Shown here: in pieces, positions 50,136-61,433 of the stretch
Layout of the letters: each line of letters starts with the position of its first letter
Position numbering within the stretch: position 1 is the stretch's first letter
Assembly (NCBI GenBank): GCA_965262115.1
Contig: OZ253496.1
Coordinates: 160,001 to 224,000 of the forward strand
Direction: 5' to 3'
DNA: 64,000 nt
Source: Nitrospinales bacterium
GTDB taxonomy: Bacteria; Nitrospinota; Nitrospinia; Nitrospinales; VA-1
Notes under the pieces: model-generated
What the model saw: the letters and a program-made list of their open reading frames with translations, nothing else
The model's database searches: none
Told to the model about the DNA's origin: nothing
Translations under genes and position numbers: made by a program

Positions 50136-53100
50136 ATGATTCAAAAATTGGCGGCGTATCTACGTTGTTGCCAACCCCACCCCCCATTTCCTGGCCCCAT
50201 ATTGAGCCGTGTGGGCAGGCTCTGCGCCGCGACCTTTTTTGCCTTGATGCTCTCGGTCACTGCGGCCAGTGCACAGATCTCCTTTAGTCTGAGTGGTCCT
50301 CAAACCATTGTCGGGGGATCAAGTCTGACCATCACTGCTACTACGGTCCCTGGTATTGATTCTAATAGCCTTGCTCATTTGTGGAGTATTGAAGGTAATC
50401 CGGATGGTATCACTGGTGTCACTCTTTCTGGTGAGAGAACCGCATCTTTAAACCTCTCCGTGTCTAGTGATTTCGTCGGCATGGTACTGTTTCGCCCTGT
50501 GCTTATAATTGATGGCTTCTCCACTAGTCCTTTCGAAAGGAGATTCAGTGCACCCCTGTTGACCGCCACCGGAGGAAACTCTGTGCCGGTGATCACCGGC
50601 ACACCGGAGACCACGGTGGATCAGGGTGTGGAGTACAGCTTCATGCCTGTAGGTGCGGATGATGACGGCGACACGTTGACCTATTCGATCAATGGGAGGC
50701 CGTCCTGGGCAACGTTTGACCCTGTCACGGGTCGTTTGAGCGGCACGCCTGGCAACGACGATATCGGCATCACGTTGGGGATTTTGATCTCGGTTTCTGA
50801 CGGCAGCCTGAGTGCGGCGTTGCCTGCGTTTGATCTCACCGTGGTGTCTGCTCCTTTCTCGGTCGCTGATGCCGGGCCAAATCTGTTCGATGTGTCTGAG
50901 GGAGTCGATGTGACCCTCAACGGTAGCAACAGTTCCGATTCCGAGGGCAGGGATCTGATCTATTCCTGGGCACAGGTGTCCAATGGTGCTCCGACGGTGG
51001 ATCTTACCGGGGCCGATACCGCCATGCCGACTTTCACTGCGCCGGATCAGCTGCTGTTCGATTTGTCTCAAGACAGAGGCAGGGCACTGGTTTTCAGCCT
51101 GACCGTGACGGATGAAACAGGTTTGAGCTCGCAACCGGTAACGGTGAGCATCAGCGTCGAAGCCGGGGCTGACCAGAGCAATGTGATGGCGGGCACGATG
51201 GTGACCCTGGACGGCAGCGGCAGTTCCGATCCGGAAGGCGAGACCTTGGATTATTTGTGGGCGCAATCAGGCGGCATGCCGAGAGTTATCCTGAGCGATG
51301 TCCTGGCTGTCAACCCGACCTTTACCATGCCGGTGGTGGGCGATGGCGAGGCCCTTGAGTTCACCCTGTTTGTGCTGGATTCGGTCAACAGTGCGCAGGA
51401 CACTGTCAGGATCTACGGCGCCATACCGATAGCGGATGCCGGGTCGGATCAGACCGTCGCCGAGGGCGCTACGGTCATCCTTGACGGCAGCGGCAGTTCC
51501 GATCCGGAAGGCGGGACCCTGGATTATTTGTGGGCGCAATCGGGCGGTTCCCCAGTGGTTGACCTGACTAGGGCCGATACCGCCAGCCCGGCTTTCACCG
51601 CGCCGGCGCAGTTGCTGGCCGATGCCGAACTGGAGTTCAGCCTGGTTGTGACCGGTGGGGGCGGTCTGCTTTCAGTTGTCGACACGGTCACCATCACCGT
51701 GACGGCCATGAACAACGCCCCCACCGCCGATGCCGGATCGGACCAGAATGTGGCTGTGGGCGCGACAGTGACCCTGGACGGCAGCGGCAGTTCCGATCCC
51801 GAAGGCGCGACCCTGGATTATTTGTGGGCGCAATCAGGCGGCATGCCGAGAGTTATCCTGAGCGATGTCCTGGCTGTCAACCCGACCTTTACCATGCCGG
51901 TGGTGGGCGATGGCGAGGCCCTTGAGTTCACCCTGTTTGTGCTGGATTCGGTCAACAGTGCGCAGGACACGGTGGTCATCCGTCCCGACCTGGCGCCGGT
52001 TTTCGATGATTTACTAACTGACCAGATTTATATTATAGGTACAGCGATTACTAACCTGATCCTACCCGTAGCCACAGGTGGCAATGACGCGCTGACCTAC
52101 ACCCTGACGCCGGAGTTGCCAGCAGGTCTGGTATTCGATGCGACCACCCGCCAGCTCAGCGGCACCCCGACCGCCACCGCCAGCACGGACTACACCTATA
52201 CGGTCAGCGATGCCGACAGGGACAGCGACAGCAGGATATTCAACATCAGCGTGAGGACCAGTAATGACCCGCCCACCGGCGGCGTCACCATTTCTGGCGC
52301 GCTGACGCAAGGCGAGACCCTGACGGCGGATACCACCGGCATTATGGATGCCGATGGTCTGGGGCTCTTCAGCTATCAATGGCAGGCAGACGATGCGGGT
52401 ATTTCAGGGGCCACCTCTGCAACCTATACCCTGACCCAGGCCGAGGTGGTGAGTTATACCGATAGTGGCGGCACCACTGAGAGCGTGGAGAGCGTTGCCA
52501 CGGCGGCGGTCACCAGTGAGAGTGTTACTGGCTCCATTTCGGTTGATGGGACTGAGAGAAGGGTTATTGTTGCCACTTCTGAAGATGACATAACAGATGG
52601 TCTGGCAATCGAGAGTTTTAGTGTTACTCCCGTAGGGAATGTCATTACTTTTGAAGAAGACCTCGGTAACGTCGACTTCATCTCAGAGAATATTGATAGT
52701 GCTGCCCTTCTGATAGGATCAGCTGTTGATATTAGCGTCAACTCTAGCGCGTGCTCCGAAACCAAACCCTGTAAAGTCACTTTATCCTACACAGATCAGG
52801 ACTTGGTTGAATTAGAAAATATAGCTGCGGATCAATTGGCCATATTCCACTATATTGACAGTCAGTGGGAAGAATTAGAGGTAATAAGACGTGATCAAAG
52901 CGGAAAAACCATTACCGCCAAAACCAGCAGTTTCTCCCCCTTTGCGCTCGGTGCCGTTATCCTTAACGCCACCAATGCAAGGTTTGCTGATCTCAATACC
53001 GTGATCCTGCCTGAAGTGGCGCGTGCCATAGCAGACCAGACGGTGAGTGCGATAACACAACGCATCGACCAGGCCCGGAGCGGCGGTAGCGCCCGGTCTG

Positions 53101-54306
53101 TCACTATCGCCGGGCAGTCCACATTGACCGGGGCGGCATCTGCCCACGGGCAGGCCATAGCCGATGGCACGCTGAGTCTGAAGGATGTACTGGGTAACTC
53201 CGACTTTGTACTGCCGCTGGATAATGTGGACGGCATGGGTAGCGGAGTCCTGTCCTCCCTGACTTTCTGGGGCGGGGGCGGCTACCGCAATTTCGAAGGT
53301 TCCAGCGGCGGGGCCGTGGACTTCGACGGCGACCTGTTCAGCGCCCATCTGGGACTGGACGCCCGACCGCGCGACGATCTGCTGATCGGTCTGGCGGCAT
53401 CCTGGAGCCAGAGCGATCTTGACTACAGAGGAGGCCTCGACCTGAACGGCGAGCACAAGCTGGATATTACCAGTATCCATCCCTACGCGAACTGGGAGGC
53501 TCTGACTGGACAACTGGACCTGTGGGTCACTTGCGGGCTACGGTTGGGGTGACCTTGAGATCACCGATGACGGGCAGGGCCGGGCATCGAGCGATGTCGA
53601 GACGCGGACTGTGAGTGTGGGCGGTGATTATCAGTTGCCGCAGACAGGATCGATCACGTTCCATCTCAAGGGTTCAGCCCTGCTGACGGAACTGGAAGTG
53701 GAGGCCAGCCTGTTGCGCATGGTCCTGGAAGGGGCTCATAAACACATGTTGTCTGACGGGGCTTATGTGGAGCCGAGCTTGGAGGCTGGAGTGCGGTATG
53801 ACGGCGGCGATGGCGAGACCGGTTTCGGGGCCGAACTGGGCGCCGGTTTCCGCTACACCGATCCGGTTGCCGGCCTGACCTTGGAAGGCAAAGCTCGCGC
53901 CCTGGTGGGACGGGACAACTATGAGGAATGGGACGTTTCCGGCCTGATTCTCTTGGAGCCGAGCAGAAACGGACGGGGATTGTCGTTCAGCCTGAGTCCC
54001 GGTTACGGCAATACAGACAGCGGCACGCAAAAACTATGGCAGCAGGGACTGCGCGACGAGACCAGCCGGGATTACGGCGCGCGGATGGACGTGCGTCTTG
54101 GTTACGGGCTGACCGCTCCCGGCGGACGAGGACTGCTGACTCCTTACAGTGAGATGACCTTCGGCGGCTATTCCCGGAGTTACCGCCTGGGGATGAGATG
54201 GGAACTTGATGCGTTGTTTGACCTGAACCTGACCGGTGAGCGCAGAGAGAGTAACAGCAATGTTACTGATCACGCCATCATGCTGAAAGGCGATATCCGG
54301 TTTTAA
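50136..54306 (+). pseudogene. Autotransporter-like adhesin (He_PIG/Ig and PKD-like repeats, C-terminal beta-barrel) with +1 frameshift at about 53531
   Basis: ADAGxDQ/VTLDGSGSSDPEG repeats. Removing one T at 53531-53532 restores LWVTAGYGWGDLEI and joins ORF 53611..54306, which ends in Phe. Confidence 0.8.
51201..51970 (+). repeat. Near-identical 203-bp internal domain duplication (51201-51403 and 51768-51970)
   Basis: Only three differences seen by eye. Confidence 0.85.
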
Positions 54307-54309
54307 AGA

Positions 54310-54609
54310 TTGATCCTCCCTTCTCATGAGGGGAGGCAAGGCGTAGCCGCGGAGGGGTGTGGATTGTTTTACGGAATTCATAATCCAACCCTCCCCTGGC
54401 CCCTCCCTATGAAGGGAGAGGAAGTTCCTGCTTTCGCCTTTTTCTCAAAGAGAGACCTTTGCATAACCCCGAGATTCTCATTGACACTCCCCTCTCATGA
54501 GGGGAGGCAAGGCGTAGCCGCGGAGGGGTGTGGATTATTTTTACGGAATTCATAATCCAACCCTCCCCTAACCCCTCCCTATGAAGGGAGGGGAAATTCC
54601 TGCTTTCGC
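54310..54609. repeat. Direct repeat of about 128 bp (54310-54437 and 54481-54609) of REP-like hairpins
   Basis: CTCCC.TCTCATGAGGGGAGG...CCAACCCTCCCCT..CCCCTCCC.TATGAAGGGAG present in both copies. Confidence 0.85.
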
Positions 54610-54633
54610 AATGATGACTTATGCAAAGGTCAC
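54452..54633. mobile_element. MITE-like element with the same IS5-type TIRs, enclosing the second repeat copy
   Basis: GAGACCTTTGCATAACCC...GACTTATGCAAAGGTCAC; no target duplication seen. Confidence 0.7.
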
Positions 54634-54735
54634 GCGCCTGGGGGTTAGGGGTTGCATCAGTTATTCTGTTTCTTCTCTGCTGTGAGGCTGATAAAATGGT
54701 TAAAGTTTTAATACCACTTTGACCGCTAAAACAAG

Positions 54736-55602
54736 ATGCCGAATAAACCTCTCAGGGCTGCGGATATTGAGTCCCTCATCGTCACCACCCTGGAAGAAGA
54801 CATCCAAAGTGGTGATATCACCACTCGAAATATTATATCCCAGGGGCAACTCCGCGAGGCGGAACTGACTGCCAGAGATGATTTGATCCTATCCGGATTG
54901 GAAATATTTAAGGCCCTGTTCCTGAAACTGGATTCTGGCGCTGTGTTTCTCCTGGAACCTTTCAAGGATGGAGACTCTGTCGCAAAGGGTTCCGAAATCA
55001 TCAAGTTTCGGTGCGACGGCGTCAAGCTGCTGGAGGGGGAGCGGTCTGGATTGAACATTCTGCAATGGTTGAGTGGAATTGCAACGCTGACCCGCAAGTT
55101 TGTCGAAGCGGCACACCCTGTAATCGTTTTGGATACCCGTAAAACCACTCCCGGACTGAGAGTTTTTGAAAAATACGCAGTGCGCTGCGGCGGTGGTTCC
55201 AATCACCGATTCGGATTGTATGATGCGGTAATGATTAAAGACAATCATATAAAATCTGCAGGAAGCATTTCTCAAGCGGTGGAGAAAGTGCGCAGCGCAT
55301 TGGGTCAACAAAATAAAGTTGAAGTCGAAACCCAAAACCTTGATGAGGTTCAAGAAGCTCTGCAGCAGCAGGTCGACATCATCATGCTGGACAATATGGC
55401 TATTGATAGGATCCTGGAAGCTGTGGAACTCATCGATGGCCGGGCAAAAGTTGAAATCAGCGGCGGCGTAAATTTGGAAAGCTTGAACGAGATATCCAGG
55501 ACCGGGGCCGATTTTGTGTCGGTAGGAGCGTTAACGCATTCTGCTCCATCGGTGGATATCAGTATGGATATTATTGCCCCTTTGGGTGAGAAAGCTAAAT
55601 AG
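54736..55602 (+). CDS. nadC: Quinolinate phosphoribosyltransferase
   Basis: DTRKTTPG, NHRFGL, KDNH and IMLDN motifs. Confidence 0.96.
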   Translation: MPNKPLRAADIESLIVTTLEEDIQSGDITTRNIISQGQLREAELTARDDLILSGLEIFKALFLKLDSGAVFLLEPFKDGDSVAKGSEIIKFRCDGVKLLEGERSGLNILQWLSGIATLTRKFVEAAHPVIVLDTRKTTPGLRVFEKYAVRCGGGSNHRFGLYDAVMIKDNHIKSAGSISQAVEKVRSALGQQNKVEVETQNLDEVQEALQQQVDIIMLDNMAIDRILEAVELIDGRAKVEISGGVNLESLNEISRTGADFVSVGALTHSAPSVDISMDIIAPLGEKAK

Positions 55603-55665
55603 AATGCCGTCTGTTGGTGTTAATATGAATCTCGTCACCACTTTGGACGAGGAGGCTAATTAGAG

Positions 55666-56088
55666 ATGCCTTGCAAAGATACAACATCCCGGATAACGGT
55701 CATCCTTGATGAAAATGACTGCCTGGTCAATTTTGATTTTTCAAAATTAACCTGCCAGAAACCCGTCGGAGGGGGAACCGGTTTTGTGGAATTTTGCTAC
55801 GGTAAACACGTTGATGAAGTGATCAGCTTGGAGTTCAGTGATTTGGTTGGGGATCTAGGGCTGACCGATTCGGAAGAACAATTTTTATTGTATTTGGAAT
55901 GGGATGCTTTGGGAGCCGCTCTCAATCAATATCAGGGCAGTGCGCACGAAGTGGATCGGGACCGATATCAAATCGCCACCATTGCCTATGAATCCGATCA
56001 GGTGGAAATCCGGCAAATGGTAGCACCGCCGGAAGAAATGCCGAAGCTTATACCCTGTAGAAAACGAGCCGGAGAGAAAACTCCCTAA
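55666..56088 (+). CDS. Hypothetical Cys-containing protein
   Basis: GAGGAGG RBS; 140-aa ORF. Confidence 0.75.
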   Translation: MPCKDTTSRITVILDENDCLVNFDFSKLTCQKPVGGGTGFVEFCYGKHVDEVISLEFSDLVGDLGLTDSEEQFLLYLEWDALGAALNQYQGSAHEVDRDRYQIATIAYESDQVEIRQMVAPPEEMPKLIPCRKRAGEKTP

Positions 56089-56510
56089 TCATCCGGGTAA
56101 AGCCGAACCAGGCGAACATATCCCTGGGAATAGTCCTGATCGAATTGTTGCGCGTTGCCTGACGAATAGGAAAAATAGAACGCCGCCTGCTGGTCAAAGG
56201 GCAAACACCAAGACGCATTTCCTCCACCTGTTGCAAATAACGGGTGGAGGTGAATTTCGCTGTTGGACCTGGCCATAATGGTGCTATCCGAAATAAAAAT
56301 CTTTTCGATTTCTTCCCTTTCTGGAATACGCCAGTCGTGGTACCCGAGATAATCTTTCTTGTTCATTTCATCGACAAATGCAAGCGCTTCCTGGAAAGTC
56401 AACCAATCCTGCGCCACCGGCCAGGAGTCCTCTTTGGACCACACCAAACCGGAATCATGGTCTAACAGGGTTCCATCCCCTTTATCTTCAAACCTGCTGG
56501 TTTCATTCAT
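56085..56510 (-). CDS. DUF1566 (Lcl C-terminal) protein
   Basis: DGTLLD..SGLVW, GYHDWRIP and VRLVR motifs. Confidence 0.85.
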   Translation of the reverse strand: MNETSRFEDKGDGTLLDHDSGLVWSKEDSWPVAQDWLTFQEALAFVDEMNKKDYLGYHDWRIPEREEIEKIFISDSTIMARSNSEIHLHPLFATGGGNASWCLPFDQQAAFYFSYSSGNAQQFDQDYSQGYVRLVRLYPDD

Positions 56511-56563
56511 TTGCAAAAACTCCAAAAATTCACGGACCCGTGAACATCATAAAAGATGAAAGT

Positions 56564-56667
56564 TAAGGGCACCTTTAAAAATCGCATTTGGCTATGAGCG
56601 GCCCTTATTTTATAGGGGCACGCGAATGGCCTGCAAGTAAAACTTTGAATTATTAGAGACCCGCTAA
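56564..56667. repeat. Degenerate MITE-like repeat (related to 31605-31670)
   Basis: Shared sequence; imperfect ends GGGCACCTTTAAAA / TTATTAGAGACCCG. Confidence 0.55.
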
Positions 56668-56822
56668 AAATATTAACGCAGCTGAATTGTTCTGTGAAGC
56701 CTTATTTTGATAGAAACCAGGAGCTGATTAAATTGCTGCTAGAAATCCCAGCCTTAATTTGATACAACCCGTTGATTGCCTGTAGCAGGTGGTTGTTTTA
56801 ATATAACTGAATTTGGGATCTG

Positions 56823-57371
56823 ATGAGTAATAAAACCAATCTAATAGTTTTGTCGATATTTATTTTACTTTCGGCGCCGGGTGTTGCTTTTGGGCAAATG
56901 TCCTGCGGAGAGAAAATTCCCGCCTTGGGGATTTTTGAACAGATTTCCCAATATGCGTTATGGCTGGCTTTGGCCCTCATGATTCCGGGTATTCTTTTCG
57001 ATCACAAATTCTGGAAGAAAGCCTTACTGATATTGGCAGTGCTTCCTTTTGCAGGTTGGGCCTATGTTAATTTTTTTGTGGACTACAACAGCCTGAAAAA
57101 AGAAATCTTCAACTACAATGCCATGGCCGAGGCCACACTGGCTAATATTGCCGAAGCCCAGGATAGATATAAATCAGAACAGGGAACCTATATCGGTGAT
57201 CTTAGAAAAATTTATTCCCATATCGGCGGAGCAGGGGGCATGAACGAGTGCGTCAAAATATTAAATGTGCAGGCGGGGTTTGATCATTGGCGCGCCGAGG
57301 CAGGGCATGTGTCGAGCCCGGACACTGTGATTTGGGACAGCCGGGCAGGAACCTCAATGAAGAAAGGTTGA
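56823..57371 (+). CDS. Membrane protein with pilin-like C-terminal region
   Basis: Signal/TM helices followed by AEATLANIAEAQDRYKSEQGTY. Confidence 0.65.
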   Translation: MSNKTNLIVLSIFILLSAPGVAFGQMSCGEKIPALGIFEQISQYALWLALALMIPGILFDHKFWKKALLILAVLPFAGWAYVNFFVDYNSLKKEIFNYNAMAEATLANIAEAQDRYKSEQGTYIGDLRKIYSHIGGAGGMNECVKILNVQAGFDHWRAEAGHVSSPDTVIWDSRAGTSMKKG

Positions 57372-57431
57372 AAAATCAGTTATTATAGACCCGTCAAACC
57401 TTCATCTAAATATTAGAACGTAAGGATAAAT

Positions 57432-57974
57432 ATGAGTTCAGAGGAATTGAATCAGGACGAGTTGGATCAGGATGCTTTGAATAAAGAGATGATCCTGGAG
57501 ATATTTTATAATACCAAAGGAAATATTGATGATATCAACGCGGCCATAGATGCCAGGCTGTTTGGTACCCAAACCCGGAGCATCACATTATTTGAGAAAT
57601 TTGTGCGGGCTCGTTTATCCCTCAACCCAAAGGTTCTTCGGTTGGTTGAACTGGAGTTAACGTGGTTTGAAGCCGTTTATTTGAGTCAATATCTGGGTTT
57701 GGAAAATGTCGAGGATCTGGATTTAAGAAAAAATCAATTGGGGGATGAGGGGTTGGATGCTCTGTTGTCATCTGAAAAGCTAGGTAATATCCGAAAACTG
57801 GATTTGAGAAACAATCAAATCACCCGCAAAGGAATGGAAATTCTGGCGAAGTCGGAAAAACTGGGGAAGTTGGAAGCACTGGATCTGAGGTCAAACAGGC
57901 TTGGAAAGGCCTGGGAGAGTAAGCTTAAATTAACTGGAGGATTTCCAAACCTCTCTTCGTTGAAAATAGCTTGA
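57432..57974 (+). CDS. Leucine-rich repeat protein
   Basis: LDLRxNxL/I repeats. Confidence 0.85.
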   Translation: MSSEELNQDELDQDALNKEMILEIFYNTKGNIDDINAAIDARLFGTQTRSITLFEKFVRARLSLNPKVLRLVELELTWFEAVYLSQYLGLENVEDLDLRKNQLGDEGLDALLSSEKLGNIRKLDLRNNQITRKGMEILAKSEKLGKLEALDLRSNRLGKAWESKLKLTGGFPNLSSLKIA

Positions 57975-58165
57975 GCCAATAGGCGCCCGGTTTGTTCAAA
58001 AAACTTTATAGAATCAGGTGGTTTTTGTTTTCCCTGATTTTTTGAGCTATTTTGTCGGCAATTTCATTAGCTTTCACCTCGTAAGAACCATTTTTCAAGA
58101 TATCGCGGAACTTGTAGGAAGTCCTAAGCCAGGACTCATGTTTAACCAGAATTATCAGGGATATA

Positions 58166-58378
58166 ATGATGCGAAAAGTTTTGAAAGTAGAGGGAATGAC
58201 TTGCCAGCATTGTGTGCAAACCGTGAGTGAAGCAGTGACTAAGATGGCAGGCATCCAAAAGGTAGAGGCCAGCCTGGAAGAGAAAGAAGTGATTGTGGAC
58301 TTTGATGAATCACAAACTAAAACGGAAGATATATCTGCTCAGATCGTCGAGGCGGGGTTTGAAGTTATCACAAATTAG
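58166..58378 (+). CDS. copZ: Copper chaperone CopZ-like HMA protein
   Basis: VEGMTCQHC motif. Confidence 0.9.
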   Translation: MMRKVLKVEGMTCQHCVQTVSEAVTKMAGIQKVEASLEEKEVIVDFDESQTKTEDISAQIVEAGFEVITN

Positions 58379-58380
58379 CA

Positions 58381-58470
58381 GCCACTCCCGTGGGCGGAGT
58401 GCCTCCTCCGGTAATGATAAATGCCTCCTCATGCCGAGATAACTCTTTGTTCGCCGAAAGAGTTATTGCA
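58381..58470. repeat. Copy of the modular intergenic repeat
   Basis: CCCGTGGGCGGAG module; reverse complement TGCAATAACTC...GTTATCTCGGC matches 23412-23451. Confidence 0.6.
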
Positions 58471-58498
58471 AGGGGTGAATTGTGAGGGGTAGGGTGAC

Positions 58499-59668
58499 TC
58501 AGGAACTCATTTTTCCGATCTTGATTCGGAGCGTCTTTTCCTGTCCGTCCCTGAATATTTTTACGGCAACCATTTTGCCAATAGCTGTATCGGCAACCAG
58601 CTTTTGCAAATATTTCAAGCTGGAAATGGTTTTGCCATCGAACTGGATGATAATATCGCCCTGACGCATCCCCCCTGACTGGGCGGGGGTTTTGTTTGCG
58701 ATACTGTTGACCAGAACCCAGACATCCGGAATATTCAAGCGGAAAGTAGCTGCCAGTTCAGGAGTCAAATCCTGAATTCCGACTCCCAACCAGCCTCTCT
58801 CGACGGATCCATTTTGGATCAGTTGGTTTGCCACTTTCAGCGCCATTTCTACAGGGATAGCAAAACTCACTCCGGCGCCGATCGCCGCTACAGCCGTATT
58901 GATACCTACAATTTGTCCATCCAGATTAATCAATGGGCCTCCGCTGTTGCCCGGATTGATCGAAGCATCGGTCTGGATAAAGCTTTCAAAGTGGCTGATG
59001 CCCAGGTCTGTACGGCCCGTTCCACTGATTACGCCTACGGTGACGGTGCCTTCCAGCCCATAGGGATTTCCAATAGCCATTACCCATTCACCGGCCCTCA
59101 AGGTCTTGGACTGTCCAAATTCCGGTTCCGGGAGCCGCCGCAGGGTAGAAATTTTCAAGGTTGCAAGGTCAGTATAGGTGTCATAGCCGATGACCTTGGC
59201 AAAATATTCTTTTCCATCAGATAATTTGATCAGGATCCTATCGAGTTTTTCAATAACATGAAAATTGGTCAAAATATAGCCGTTGAAATCCAGAATAATG
59301 CCCGATCCTACACTTTCAACGCGATATTTTCGGCCCTTCAGGTTTTGAGCGAACCAGTTTCTGATCGGGGCATACCAGGGCGCTGAGCCGTGCGGCTCAT
59401 ACCATGATGATTTTTCCACCAACTCCTTGACCTTATTCACACTGACTACAGAAGGCTTAATTTTTTTTGCATTGCGTATGAACGCGTTTTGCAAATCCAG
59501 CAGGTTTTTATAGTCCTGACTATCTTCCAGACTACCGGGAATGACCTTCTTCGGATAGGAGGGGGTATAACTGTCCAGAAATAAACTTGTGTTAATAAAC
59601 ACAAAAGCAAGAATCAAGCAACCCCATGCAAGATTTCGAAAACGATGAGTGGGTTTTGAGTCAGGCAT
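58499..59668 (-). CDS. htrA: HtrA/DegQ serine protease with PDZ domain
   Basis: TNFHV, DLA, NPGNSGGPL and GWLGV motifs. Confidence 0.93.
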   Translation of the reverse strand: MPDSKPTHRFRNLAWGCLILAFVFINTSLFLDSYTPSYPKKVIPGSLEDSQDYKNLLDLQNAFIRNAKKIKPSVVSVNKVKELVEKSSWYEPHGSAPWYAPIRNWFAQNLKGRKYRVESVGSGIILDFNGYILTNFHVIEKLDRILIKLSDGKEYFAKVIGYDTYTDLATLKISTLRRLPEPEFGQSKTLRAGEWVMAIGNPYGLEGTVTVGVISGTGRTDLGISHFESFIQTDASINPGNSGGPLINLDGQIVGINTAVAAIGAGVSFAIPVEMALKVANQLIQNGSVERGWLGVGIQDLTPELAATFRLNIPDVWVLVNSIANKTPAQSGGMRQGDIIIQFDGKTISSLKYLQKLVADTAIGKMVAVKIFRDGQEKTLRIKIGKMSS

Positions 59669-60392
59669 GTTTGGATCCGGTATAGATGGTTGTGATTCCG
59701 AAAGTCAATTCCTTGAAACTGACTGACCCGAATCCGGCTTCTTTCAGGATAGAAGCAAATGCCTCACCCTTTGGAAAAGCCCCCACCGAATCGGGCAGAT
59801 AAGAATATGCGTTCCTGTGGCCGGAAATTAAGCGTCCCATAACAGGTAAAATCATCTCAAAATATAAACGATAAAGCCATTGCAAAAATCCATTCCGGGG
59901 AAAGGAGAATTCCAGAATCACTATTTTACCGTTGGGTTTTAAAACCCGGTGAATCTCACGAATTGCATGATCTATATTGGAGAAATTCCTGGCTCCAAAG
60001 GCAGAGATTGCGCCATCAAAGCTATCGCTTTTCAGGGGCAGGCTTTCAGCCGCCCCTGGAAATAATTGAACAGACGATTGCATGTTTCTGGCGTTCACCT
60101 TGTTTTTTCCCAGTTCGAGCATGGCGGCGCTGAAATCGACACCAATAACCCGGGCCTTGCCCCGAAGAGCCAACTCCAGAGCAAGGTCAGCGGTCCCCGT
60201 TGCGACATCAAGGAAAAGCCGGTTCGCCACAGGTTCCAGTTCATCGACCGCTGTTTTTCGCCAGTACCTGTCGCGACCTGAGCTCAAGAGTCCGTTGATA
60301 AAATCGTATCTCGGCGCAACGGCGTTGAACATAGCCTGAATTGGATTTATCCTGTCAGCCGGAACACTAAGTTTAACTTGAGAAGGTGCCAT
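59661..60392 (-). CDS. ubiE: Demethylmenaquinone/ubiquinone methyltransferase
   Basis: MFNAVAPRYD, DVATGTAD and YSYLPDSV motifs. Confidence 0.94.
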   Translation of the reverse strand: MAPSQVKLSVPADRINPIQAMFNAVAPRYDFINGLLSSGRDRYWRKTAVDELEPVANRLFLDVATGTADLALELALRGKARVIGVDFSAAMLELGKNKVNARNMQSSVQLFPGAAESLPLKSDSFDGAISAFGARNFSNIDHAIREIHRVLKPNGKIVILEFSFPRNGFLQWLYRLYFEMILPVMGRLISGHRNAYSYLPDSVGAFPKGEAFASILKEAGFGSVSFKELTFGITTIYTGSKHA

Positions 60393-60540
60393 GTCCAACA
60401 TATTGATTTATATAGAAGATAGAACCAGCAGTTTAGCATCAGTGGCTATAGGGCACAAGAAAGACTTGCGCTGACAATAGGAGAAACTGTTATAGAATCC
60501 CTTTATAAAGAATCAATAATATTTTTAATGGAGTTTCGTT

Positions 60541-61092
60541 ATGAAAACGGTTTTGGTTCCTCTGGCAACCAGGCTTTGAGGAGATTGAAACGATCACCAT
60601 TGTTGATATCCTGAGACGGGCAGGGGCCAAAGTAACCCTCGCGGGAACGAAGGAAGGTCCTCTTGAAGGTTCGAGGGGTATCCATGTTCTGCCGGATGAA
60701 CAACTCGATAATATCCTGGAAAATGACTTTGATCTGATTGTTTTGCCGGGAGGGCAACCCGGAACGGACAATCTTAAAAATGATGCCCGAGTCACCCAAC
60801 TACTAAAAAAGATGGACGGGCTCAATAAAAATATTGCCGCAATCTGCGCTGCTCCATTAGTTCTAAAGAATGCGGGAATTCTGGAAAATCGCTGTGTATA
60901 ACCAGTCATCCCTCTGTTCAAAACGACCTGCAGGGCATCACTTATAAGGAAGACAGGGTGGTTGTGGATGGACATATCGTCACCAGCAAATCTCCCGGCA
61001 CGGCCATGGAATTTTCCTTCAAACTCGTTGAAATTATTTTTGGCAGCGAACGTAGAGACGTGGTGAATAAAGGAGTTTTGGCAAAGATCTAG
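60541..61092 (+). pseudogene. DJ-1/YajL (ThiJ) family, frameshifted twice (about 60568 and 60898)
   Basis: MKTVLVPLA / GFEEIE..DILRRAG..AAICAAP / TSHPS..RVVVDG..TSKSPGTA in three frames. Confidence 0.85.
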
Positions 61093-61207
61093 CACCCTCG
61101 CAAGTGTAGGAATTTTTTGAAACTATTTTGCCAAATCCCCATCCAAGTAGGTGAGAAAATAGTACGTAACCCTTTAGATACTTGTAGTTTGATCGAGGCT
61201 GAACCCG

Positions 61208-61426
61208 ATGAACATTTCCTACAGTCAGCTTTTAGTCAGTAAAATGCGGATGAAACGCCGGGTGAAGAAAAAAGTGGGAACTAAAAGCCGTTGCAATCAT
61301 TGTAGTGGCGCGTTCAGGGGATCTGATGAAATTGAGACCTGCCTGATGTGCGGTCGAGAAAAAGGCCATGTTTGCTCAAATTGTTTATATGCCCCCGACG
61401 AAAAGCAGGAAAAAAAGCGATCCTGA
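61208..61426 (+). CDS. Small Zn-ribbon protein
   Basis: Three CxxC motifs; start uncertain. Confidence 0.6.
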   Translation: MNISYSQLLVSKMRMKRRVKKKVGTKSRCNHCSGAFRGSDEIETCLMCGREKGHVCSNCLYAPDEKQEKKRS

Positions 61427-61433
61427 AAATCCT

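Noticed and set aside
54310..54609. Possible CRISPR array
   Set aside because: Only two long (about 128 bp) units, no repeat-spacer periodicity and no cas genes
60490..61095. 201-aa minus-strand ORF
   Set aside because: Antisense shadow of the frameshifted DJ-1/YajL gene
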